Source of the DNA: an uncultured Gammaproteobacteria bacterium
Lineage (GTDB): Bacteria > Pseudomonadota > Gammaproteobacteria > Steroidobacterales > Steroidobacteraceae
NCBI GenBank assembly: GCA_963705495.1
Contig: CAVPJQ010000020.1
Span: 4,504 to 68,503, forward strand
Length of the DNA stretch: 64,000 bases
Direction: 5' to 3'
Part shown: positions 21,325 to 30,635 of the stretch, one piece after another
How the letters are laid out: each line of letters opens with the position of its first letter
How positions within the stretch are numbered: the first letter of the stretch is position 1
Program-made: the position numbers and the translations under genes
Notes under the pieces: generated by a model
Database searches by the model: none
Seen by the model: only the letters and a program-made list of their open reading frames with translations
What the model was told of the DNA's origin: nothing

Positions 21325-22312
21325 TCAGCCCGGCATCGCGTTGAACGATGGCGAACGGTAGACATCCTCGAGCACCGTCGCCGGATCGGGGCGCGGCGCA
21401 GCACGGGCGCGTTCGACGGCTTGCTGAACCTCCTGCTGTGGCGCGCTCCCCGATCGCGTCGAGTTCTTCGAGCTTGACGCCGCGCTCGATGAGCTGGCGT
21501 TCAGCCGCTCTATCGGGCACTTCTCCCGGATCGCGGCGAGCTCTTCCTTCGAGCGATACTGCTGTGCATCGCCGACATAGTGACCCGCCATGCGAAACGT
21601 CATGCACTCGAGCAGATACGGGCCCGACCCTTGCGCAGACAGTTCGATCGCTTCGCCGCGCGGCCGCATGCACGGTGGGCAGGTCGTTGCCGTCGATCGT
21701 CTTCGTGGCGATGGAGTAGGGCGCTGCGAAACTGCTGACGTGCGTAACGTTCGAGTGCTCCTCGCGGCTGGTGAACTCGGCGTAGCCGTTGTTCTCGCAC
21801 ACGAAGAGCACCGGAAGCCGCCACAGCGCGGCAAGGTTCAGCGTTTCGTGAAACGCGCCGGCGCCCGTCGCACCGTCGCCGAAGAACACGACGCTGATGT
21901 TCTGCTTACCCTGCGCCTGCGCCGCCCATGCAGCACCCGCGGCGAGAGCGAGGTTCCCTGCCACGACTCCGGTGGCGCCGAGTACGCCATTCGCTGCGTC
22001 GACCAGATGCATCGAGCCACCGCGACCGCGGCACAAGCCCTCTTCCCGGCCCAGAATCTCGGCGAATGTCGCCTGAAGGTCACTCCCCTTGGCGAGCACG
22101 TGGCCGTGGCCACGATGGCTGGTGAACAATGCGTCCTCCCGAGTGAGATGCGCGCAGACGCCCACAGCAACCGCTTCCTGCCCGGTCGATAGGTGGGGGA
22201 AACCAGGAATCTCCCCCGCGGCAGCGAGGCGCTGCACCTGGCCTTCGAACAGACGTATCCGCCAGAGCGCGTGATACATCTGCTTCCAGTCATCCAGCGT
22301 CGGTGAAGTCAC
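21325..22312 (-). pseudogene. 2-oxoacid dehydrogenase E1 alpha subunit (second copy), at least three frame interruptions
   Basis: N-terminal two thirds are intact (GRGGSMH, FFGDGATGAGAFHETLNLAALWRLPVLFVCENNGY). The C-terminal part alternates between two frames near 21665, 21520 and 21440. Confidence 0.8.
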
Positions 22313-22479
22313 AATTTCTGCCCGGGTTGTTGGTTTTCATGAATACCTTGAAAGCGCGCGAGCTGTCTCCATCGTCGGAGAAATGATACCGCCCGCGTCC
22401 GGGGCCTCGCGAGCGGATTGGGATGCTGCTAATGTCGCCGTCGGCCGTATCGCGACCAAAAACCAAGAACGGTGGGCGT

Positions 22480-23013
22480 ATGTCCAGTCAGCATCGGATT
22501 CGGACGGCTCTGTGGGTTGTTGCCGCAGCCGCATTGCTACCTTCGACGGCGTCAGTTGCGCAGAACTCAGCGGACCGCGACTTGAGCGAAATCAGCAGCT
22601 ACGTGCTGACCGACGCGGGTCTTGCCAAGTACACCCAGGCCGTCAAGAACCTGGGCCCCCTTGCGAAGGGGATGTCGGATCACTGCGCTGAAGGGGACGA
22701 CGATGACGGTGAGAGTGCTCACTCCCTGGATGAAACGGTGGCGCGCGTCGATGCGAATCCAGGCGTTCACGCGGCGATCAAGGCGGCGGGCATGACGACC
22801 CGCGAGTACCTCGTTTTCACCTTCTCCTTGTTTCAGAACGGCATGGGGGCTTGGGCGCTCGATCAGCCGGGTGGCAAGTTGCCGCCAGGCATGTCTTTGG
22901 AAAACGTGAAGTTCTATCGCGCGCACGAGGGCGCCATCAAGCAACTGAGCGCTGAGACCAAAGCCGCCGACTGTGAAGGTGGCGAGCGCGAGGACGAGGA
23001 CAACGCGCAATAG
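22480..23013 (+). CDS. hypothetical secreted protein with acidic C-terminus
   Basis: Signal peptide MSSQHRIRTALWVVAAAALLPSTASVAQ. No family recognised. Confidence 0.5.
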   Translation: MSSQHRIRTALWVVAAAALLPSTASVAQNSADRDLSEISSYVLTDAGLAKYTQAVKNLGPLAKGMSDHCAEGDDDDGESAHSLDETVARVDANPGVHAAIKAAGMTTREYLVFTFSLFQNGMGAWALDQPGGKLPPGMSLENVKFYRAHEGAIKQLSAETKAADCEGGEREDEDNAQ

Positions 23014-23028
23014 CGAGGCGACTGGCGA

Positions 23029-23907
23029 TCAGATGCCGGCCATGTCCCTGCACTTGTTTCCAGTGCAGTTCGGCTCCGCTACGCGTTCGCCGTACAAGCG
23101 CTCCGCAAGCTTCATATAGTCCCGCACGGCGTCGAGAGTGGCCGTGGACTTGTAGGAGTCCGTAGGAGCGCCCCGCAATGCGATAGTGGCCAGCACTCTC
23201 GAGTCGTTCCTTTCGTGAGACGGAATACGCTCAGTGACGAGGTAGTCCTTGTAGCGCTTCATGAAGGCCTGCATGGCACCGGTGGCGCCCCACCATTGCG
23301 GGCACATCGCGACATACGCCTGGTCGGCTTCGCGCTTGATGGCATCGTACTCGGCGAAGGCCCAGTCCGGTGTGCCACTCTCACCGACGCCCCAGCCTTC
23401 GGTGATGCCGAGCTTTTTCCGCAGAGCCGCGAAGTGCGTCCGCGGCGGTACCAGCGCCGTCTCCATCGCTGCGTGGTAACGCTTGAGCAGAGCCGTTTCC
23501 TCGGCCTCGATCGCTTGCTGCTTTTCGAGTTGCTGCGTGTGTTCGGCTTGGACCGCCTCGGGATCCGTTGCGCCCGTTTGCTGGAGGAGCTTCGTCGCGT
23601 TCTGGGGGTCCTTCATCATCAATTCCTGCATGCGAGCGGCCGTGGCCATGGGGTCCTCTCCCGCCGTCGAGCCCCAGTTGGAGATCTGATCGTTGACCTC
23701 CTTCTGCTTGGCGGCGTCGGCTGAGACGACCTGCAATGCCGCGGCATTGGTGGCGGCGAATTGATCCTGTGATGCGTAGCAGGCCGTCGGCAGCGGCACA
23801 GCCTTCGCCCAGGGGCTCGCTGGCGGTTGCGCGCAAAGACCGGACGCCATCGCCAATACACTTGCGCCCGTCGAGAAGAGCAAGCGGCCATAACATGAAC
23901 CGCGCAT
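23029..23907 (-). CDS. hypothetical secreted protein, 292 aa
   Basis: Intact ORF with signal-like N-terminus LLFSTGASVLAMASGLCA. No family recognised. Confidence 0.5.
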   Translation of the reverse strand: MRGSCYGRLLFSTGASVLAMASGLCAQPPASPWAKAVPLPTACYASQDQFAATNAAALQVVSADAAKQKEVNDQISNWGSTAGEDPMATAARMQELMMKDPQNATKLLQQTGATDPEAVQAEHTQQLEKQQAIEAEETALLKRYHAAMETALVPPRTHFAALRKKLGITEGWGVGESGTPDWAFAEYDAIKREADQAYVAMCPQWWGATGAMQAFMKRYKDYLVTERIPSHERNDSRVLATIALRGAPTDSYKSTATLDAVRDYMKLAERLYGERVAEPNCTGNKCRDMAGI

Positions 23908-24088
23908 GCGGCCTCCTTCAGCTGAGATGGATCGTCCGCTTGCGACAACGCGATGCGATCGCCAACGCTTGGAAACGAAGTGGGCTCTGGCCCATTATGG
24001 TTCATGGAGTCTGGGCCAGTCCTGCGCCCGAGTGTATGCTTTTGCGGCGATCGAGCCACTCCAATAACGAACTGGGAAGGGTAATAGC

Positions 24089-24529
24089 ATGGCCTTGCCT
24101 TTTTTTTGCCGCGCGTCGGGCGCTGTTTTGACCCTGCTCGGATCTCTGGTTGTCGTTGCGGCGGGCCCGCGGGCAGACACGCCAAGCGCCGCCGGGGATC
24201 TCTGGGAAGTGACGTCCAAGATGTCGATGGAGGGGATGCCGATGGAGATGCCGGCGCAGAAGATGAAAGTCTGCGCGGCGAAAGTGTGGACCAAGCCGCC
24301 GGCGGGCGACAACCCGCAGCAGAAGTGCATGCGCTCGGACTACGTGATCGACGGCGACAAAGTCACCTGGACCGAGAGTTGCGAGGGGCCGCCGATGACA
24401 GGCAAGGGCGAGATCACGCGGCAGGGTGACGATGCTTATGTCGGATCCATCCAATACAGCTCCGCACAGGGCAACATGACCATCAAGCTCGCTGGCCACA
24501 AAGTGGGGACCTGCGACAACCCCAGTTAG
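24089..24529 (+). CDS. DUF3617-like secreted protein
   Basis: 146 aa with a signal peptide, a conserved Cys pattern (KVCAAK...QKCMRSDY...ESCEG...GTCDN) and GDLWEV, typical of DUF3617. Confidence 0.65.
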   Translation: MALPFFCRASGAVLTLLGSLVVVAAGPRADTPSAAGDLWEVTSKMSMEGMPMEMPAQKMKVCAAKVWTKPPAGDNPQQKCMRSDYVIDGDKVTWTESCEGPPMTGKGEITRQGDDAYVGSIQYSSAQGNMTIKLAGHKVGTCDNPS

Positions 24530-24921
24530 GAAGCGCGCGGGGACTCGCCCGCACCGACCCGTGGTTCACGCCCGTTCGTGTTACGGATAGGGTCTGATTC
24601 TTTCCTCAATTTTCGTCAACGGAAAATTTCGTTCCCGCGGGGGTCGCACGCGCGACGTCGCGAATGTCATCTGGTGCACCGGGTTTCATCCGGGCTTCGA
24701 CTGGATTGATCTTCCCGTCTTTGTGCGTCTGCCATTCCTGCACGCGATGTCCTCGTCCATGGTCCATGGCGTTGGCCGGGACGCAGCGCGCATCGTCGCG
24801 CAGATCAGGTTGCGACTCGGTGCAGGGGCAGTCGCGTCACCGCAAGTCTGATTGGGAGCGCTACTTGATCCGCAACCCTATGTTTAGACGACAGTTCTAG
24901 CGTGTCCGGATCTAGGACCGT

Positions 24922-24963
24922 TGACTCAATGATCATTTAGAATACTGAACAGTCATTGAGTCA
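24922..24963. promoter_or_regulatory. candidate TetR operator: 11-bp perfect inverted repeat TGACTCAATGA-N20-TCATTGAGTCA
   Basis: Read directly from the sequence. It lies 44 nt upstream of the TetR-Rieske start in an AT-richer stretch. Confidence 0.5.
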
Positions 24964-25006
24964 GGCCGCCGGCCGGGATAAAATGCAGGCACACCGGGAG
25001 ACTCCA

Positions 25007-26858
25007 ATGTCCGCCAATATCCAGGGCAGCCCTGAGCTGCGACCCAGTGGCTCCAAGCTCGATCTGATCCGTGCCACCGTGGCTGCGATCTCGCGCCATG
25101 GCCTCTCGGAATTGACTTCGGCCAAGATCGCGAGCGCGGCGGGCCACACGGCCGCTTCGGTCAATTTTCACTTCGGCGTCCAAGGAAGCGCTGCTCCTCG
25201 CCACGTTGCGCGAGGTCTCCGAGGAGTTTGCCGAGAGCATGGCAGCCGTGCTCGCCGATGCAGGCGACGACGCATTGCTGGGCCTGCTCGGAATCATCGA
25301 TGCGAGCCTGAGCCGGCGACTGAGCGAGTCGCAGAAGATCGCGGTGTGGTACGCATTCCTGGCCGAGTCGAATGCGCGCCAGGACTACCAGCGCATCTGC
25401 GGTGAGCGCGACCAGTCTTACAGCCAGACGGTCACGACGCTTTGCACGCGGCTGATCGCCGCCCGCGGCGTCGAGGGCTGGCCCGACGCCGAGGCCGTCG
25501 CGCTCGGCCTGACGGGTCTCATCGATCAGCTGTGGCAGGGCATTCTGTTCGAAGGCGACGACTTCGATCGTGACGCTGCGAAGCGCCAGTGTCGCGCCTA
25601 TCTGTGCAGCGTCTTTCCGTGGCTCGCCGATCGTATCGAGGCAACTGCGCCGGCGAAAGCAAAGGTTCGAGCCTTGCAGCCGGAAGTGCGGACACCGACA
25701 GATCCGGCGCTGCGCTACACCTTGCCGGCCTGGGTCTATCACAGCGAGGAGTTTCACGAGCTCGAGAAGGAACACCTGTTCCTGCCTTCATGGCAGATCG
25801 TCTGTCATGTCAGCGAGCTCGCTTCTGCCGGGGACTATGTCGCGTTCGAGTTCTTCGGCCGGCGGGGCTTCGTCATCCGTGATGACGCCGGAACGCTGCG
25901 TGCCTTTGACAACGTGTGCGCGCATCGCGCGCACGCGGTCGTGGGCGGGCAGCGCGGTCACTGCGCGAAATTCCTGACCTGCCCGTACCACGGCTGGACC
26001 TATCATCTCGATGGACGCAATCGCAGTGTCAGCGCGCCCGACACGTTCCCGAAGTTCGATCGGTCGAAGTTCGGGCTCAAGCCGCTCGAGCTCGAAGTGT
26101 TCTGCGGCATGGTGTTCGTGAGGTTCCGCTCAGGCGAAGCGAGCGTCGCAGAGCGCATGGAGCCTCACAAGGCGGAGCTTGCTCATTACCGGATCGAGCA
26201 GATGGTGCCGCTCGACGAACTCTGGGTTCACGACGTGGAGATCGACTGGAAGAACCTGGTCGAGAACTATGTCGAGGACTACCACTTTCCCATGGGTCAC
26301 CCGGGCCTCTCGGCATTGATGGAGTCGCAGTACGATCGCGAGGTCCTGCCGGCGGGCACGATGCGCTTGAGTCACCGGATGCGCGAGACACCGCTCAAGT
26401 CCTGGAGCGCGCAGCGCTACGCGAAATTTCTGCCGACGATCGAACATCTGCCCGAGACCATGCGTCGCCGCTGGACCTACATCGGGCTGTTCCCCAATGT
26501 GTTCTTCGACATCTACCCGGAGTGGCTGGACTTCTTCCAGCTGGTGCCGACCGGGCCTGGGCGTACGCAGATCCGCGCCCGCTCGTATGGTTTCCCGGAT
26601 GACCGGCGCGAGATGCGGGCCGCTCGCTGGCTGTGCGCACGCCTCAACACACGTGTGCAGGCGGAAGATGAAGTGCTCACGCGCTCGGTGCAGCGGGGGC
26701 TCTCCTCCGGCGCGTATACGCAGGGCATTCTCTCGTCCAAGGAAATCGTGCTGGCCGGGTTCCAGGACTGGATCCGGGCTCGGCTACCGGTGACGCACCT
26801 CACGCAGGCGCCGGCCCGCGGCACAGTCGCGGCACGCAATTCCAGCCTGGCGATCTGA
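25007..26858 (+). pseudogene. BetI-type TetR regulator continuous with a Rieske [2Fe-2S] ring-hydroxylating oxygenase alpha subunit (no stop between them), one single-base frame interruption
   Basis: GGGAG RBS before ATG 25007. HTH LIRATVAAISRHGLSELTSAKIASAAGHTAASVNFHFG, extra base at 25178, then SKEALLLATL...AVWYAFLAE. A 25-aa linker follows, then the Rieske motif CAHRAHAV...CPYHGWTY and the catalytic domain NYVEDYHFPMGHP. Confidence 0.75.
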
Positions 26859-26869
26859 CGAGCGCCGGA

Positions 26870-28265
26870 TCAGATCGCGCGCAGGTACCACTCGTAGTCG
26901 CGATCCGTGATCTCGGCGTGGAAGCGGTCGCATTCTTCGCGACGGCACGTCGCGAACAGGTCGTGATAACGCTTGCCGAGGTACTGCGGCAGCACGGTTC
27001 CCTTGTCGAATGCATCGAGCGCCGCTTCCCAGCGCAGCGGCAGCCCAACCCTTTCCTCGATGACCTCGCCCTGCGCAACCATCGGGCCGGGTTCGATGCG
27101 GTTGGTGATTCCGTGGTGAATGCCCGCGAGAATCGCCGCCATCACCAGGTAGGGATTCCCATCGGCGCCACCGGGTCGATGTTCGATACGCGTGTCCTCG
27201 GGTGCTGAAAGTGGCACCCGCAGCGCGACCCCACGATGATTGACGCCCCAGTTGGGCGCGAGCGGGACGAACAGTCCGGGCCGATAGCGTCGATAGGAAT
27301 TCGCCGTAGGCGCGAAGATCGCCATGGATTCGGCCATCGTTGCCGCAAGACCGCCGACGGCGTGGCGCAGCGTGTCGGAAAATGGTTGCTCCGGAGCCAG
27401 GCCCGGCAAACACATTGCGACCGGATTTATCCGTAAGGCTGACGTGCACGTGCAGGCTGCAGCCCGCTGCCTGCGCAAACGGTTTCGCCATGAAGCTCGC
27501 GCCCAGGCCGTGCCGTCTCGCGACAGCCTTGACCGCCCGCTTCAAGAGTACGGCGTGGTCGCACGCACGCTCTGCGTTGGCCACGTGACGCAGATTTACC
27601 TCGAACTGGCCCGGCGAGAATTCCTTCAGCGTGGCGCCCGCGGGGATGTTCTGTGCTTCGCAGACCGCGTACAGCTCGGCCAGGAACGGATCGACATCCT
27701 CGACGTCCTCCATGCTGCCGTACTGTGGCCCATCCTGCGGCCGACGCGTCCCCGGTATGTTGCCAACCTTCGGGGAGGGGCGATTGCCGTCCGAGACCGG
27801 ATCCGCTGAATCGAGCAGATAGAACTCGAGCTCCGTCGCCGCCACGGCTGTCAGCCCCAATTCCTGCAGCGGTCGTGCAGCGTTTCTGAGCACCTGGCGC
27901 GGGTCGGCGAAGAACGGCTCGCCATTGGAATTCGCCATCACGAGCAGCAGCTGCGCGGTCGGCACCTGCGCCCAGGGCACGGGCGCAAGAGAGCCAGGCA
28001 CGGCCGTCGAGATCGCGTCTGGATCACCGTCACGGCTCCCGCTGTCGATGCGCTCGAACGTCTGCCCCTTGCTGTCGAGCAGCACAGTTGCGCCGCAGAA
28101 GTTGAGGCCTTCCTTGAAGGGCTTCGCGAACTCGTCACGCACGACTCGCTTGCCGCGCAGGATTCCCAGCATGTCCGGTTGCAGGAGCTCGAGCAGCTGC
28201 GTATCCGGGTATCGTTCGAGATAGGCCTGCAGCTCCCCAGGCGCGCGATTCGTTTCTTTGTTCAT
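26870..28265 (-). pseudogene. glutamine synthetase family protein (gamma-glutamylpolyamine synthetase, PuuA-like), one frame interruption
   Basis: MNKETNRAPGELQAYL...ELEFYLL...KEFSPGQFEVNL...ASFMAKPF then, in another frame, NSYRRY...NHRGVALRVP...RIEHRPGGADGNPYL. The frame change is near 27400. Its ATG overlaps the upstream stop (ATGA). Confidence 0.85.
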
Positions 28266-29100
28266 GAGTTCTTCCCCGCCGATTTGCCCGTGGCGCGGGC
28301 GCTGCGCCACGCGACTGCAGCCTTCGCCCCTTCGCGTTTCAGGATGGCATTGAATTCGCGCGACTCCGCGGACTCGGAAGTTTCGATGGTCACGTTCAGT
28401 TCGAGCGCCTGCAGCAGTGCCTCGCGCATGCCCGCCGATGTCGAGGCTGCGGTTGATCGCCTGTTTCGTCAGTTTCACGGCCAGCTGGATCATTGGCGGC
28501 GACGCGCCGGGCAAGCTCGAGAGTCCGGTCGAGCGCCTGTCCTGCCGGGACGACGCGATTGATCAGCCCCATGTCGAGCGCGTCGGCCGCGGTGACCCGA
28601 TCATCGCCGCTGAGGAGCAGATACTTCGCGCATTTCGGCCCAGCGAGCCAGGGCAGCAGCATCGCTACGATGCCGCTTCCGAATCGGACCTCTGGCGCAC
28701 CGAAAAAGCAGTCCTCGGACGCGACCGTGAGATCGCAGGCGAGCGCGAGCTCCATGGCACTGCCGAGGCAGTAGCCATGTGTAGCAGCGAGCGTGACCTT
28801 GGGACAATCCCAGAAGCGCATGATGATCTCAAAGTCGTTGCGCAACGCCTGGCGGACGTGCTCGGGTTCGGGCTTGCCGGCGCTTTCGATTTCCATGTCC
28901 AGATCGAAGCCGGCCGAGAAGGCGCGGCCGGCACCGGCGAGCACGATCGCGCGAACCGAGAGATCCGCTTCCGCGGCGTCGAGCGCACTTCCAAGTTGAG
29001 CGATCATCTGTTTGTTGATCGCGTTCAGTTTGTCGGGCCGGTTGAGCATCAACAGGGCGATGCCATCGCGAAGCTCGCTGCAAACCAGTGCACCGGCCAT
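28262..29100 (-). pseudogene. enoyl-CoA hydratase/isomerase (crotonase) family protein, two frame interruptions
   Basis: IALLMLNRPDKLNAI...LAGAGRAFSAGFDL...GYCLGSAMELALACD. C-terminus recovered in two other frames (IQLAVKLTKQAINRSLDIGG, MREALLQALELNVTIE...). Frame changes lie near 28495 and 28430. Confidence 0.8.
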
Positions 29101-29110
29101 CTGCGTCACC

Positions 29111-30635
29111 TCAGGACAGCCGAAACCACGCGGACTTCGACTGCATGTAGCTCTTGATGCTGTCGAAGCACTTGTCGCGCGCGTGACCCGACTGCTTGTA
29201 GCCGCCAAACGGCTGGGTCATGTCGCCTTCGTCGAAGGAGTTGATCCAGATGATGCCGGCCTCGATACCGCGCACCAGCCGGAACGCGGTGTCGAGATCG
29301 CGGGTCCAGACGCCGGCGGCAAGCCCGTAGATGGTGTCATTCGCTATGGCGATGGCCTCGTTCGACTCCATCGAACGGAATCACGGTGGCGACCGGGCCC
29401 GAAGATTTCCTGGCGTGCAATCGTCATGTCGTTACGCACGTCGGTGAAGAGAGTAGGGCTGACGTATGCGCCTGCATCCATACCCCGCGGTGCGCCGCCG
29501 CCGAACTGCAAGCGCGCGCCCTCGCGTCGTCCGGTCTCGATCAGGTTCAGCACCCGTTGCTGCGCTTCGCGCGTTACCAGCGGACCGAGGTTCGTCGCGG
29601 GATCGAGCGGATCACCCGGCTGAAAGGCGTCCTTGCCGAGCTCGATGAATCGCTCGACGAACCGCTCGTGGAGCGAGCGATCGACGAGCAGCCGCGAGCC
29701 GGCATTGCAGACCTCCCCCATGTTGGAAAATATCCCACGGTAGGCGGCGGTGACCGCACGATCGAGATCCTGCGACGTCGGCGAGGAACACCTGCGGTGA
29801 CTTGCCGCCGCACTCGAGCGCGACCTGCTTCATGTTCGACTGGCCCGCGTACTGGAGGATCAGCTTCCCGACCTCGGTCGAACCCGTGAAGGTGATCTTC
29901 GCGACGTCGGCGTGCAGCGCGAGCGCCTTGCCAGCGACTTCGCCCAGTCCGTTGACGACGTTGAACACGCCCGGCGGCCCGCCCGCCTCGACGAACAGTT
30001 CCGCAAGTCGCAGGCAACTCATGGGCGCCTGTTCCGCGGGCTTGAGGACCACCGTGTTGCCGGCGGCCAGCGCGGGAGCGATCTTCCACACGGCCATCAG
30101 CAGCGGATAGTTCCACGGCGAGATCGCGCCGACGACGCCGAGCGGCTCGCGCAGGACCATGTGCATGACGCCGGCTTCCGTGTTCGTGACGCTCGCCCTC
30201 GATCTTGTCGACGCACTCCGCCATGAAGCGAATCGTGTCGATGACGGAAGGCAGATCGACGCCGACCACGTCGGCGATCGGTTTGCCCATGTCGAGTGTT
30301 TCGAGCACCGCGAGGGATTCGGCGTGCTGTTCCACCAGCGTCGCGAAGCGATACATGATCTCCATGCGCTGCCGGGGCGCGATCCGTGACCAGGATCCGT
30401 CCTTGAACGCGCGCCTGGCCGCCGCAACTGCGCGATCGATGTCCTGCTCGGTGCCTGCCGACATCTCCGCGAGCGGTTCGCCGGTCGCCGGATTGACGGT
30501 CGCGAATCGTCCGCCTTTCGCGGCATCGACGTATCGACCCTCGATGAAGAGGCGTGTCTCGATGCGGGCGCGCGCCGCGTTCGCCGCAGCCTGCCAGCGC
30601 ACCTTGTCGTAGTTGCCTAGTGTCTGAAGGCTCAT
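29111..30635 (-). pseudogene. NAD-dependent aldehyde dehydrogenase (PuuC/PauC-like), at least four frame interruptions
   Basis: Four ORF pieces tile one ALDH: [11 protein letters not shown]...[56 protein letters not shown]...IANDTIYGLAAGVWT...GGYKQSG. Frame changes lie near 30190, 29760, 29397 and 29365. Confidence 0.85.

Noticed and set aside
20330-22312. 660-aa ORF suggesting a natural E1 alpha-beta fusion protein.
   Set aside because: The middle about 110 residues are out-of-frame nonsense. The correct alpha C-terminus is in another frame and ends at TGA 21325-21327, 5 nt before the beta start ATG 21319. These are two genes joined only by frame errors.
24606-24767. 53-aa minus-strand ORF (MDHGRGHRVQEWQTHKDGKINPVEARMKPGAPDDIRDVARATPAGTKFSVDEN) in the DUF3617/TetR intergenic region.
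   Set aside because: It has no clear RBS and no recognisable family. It could be real, but I cannot support it from the sequence alone.
26784-28514. 576-aa ORF spanning the crotonase 3' end and the GS gene.
   Set aside because: It is a composite of out-of-frame crotonase sequence and the GS N-terminal part. The GS starts at ATG 28265, which overlaps the crotonase stop.
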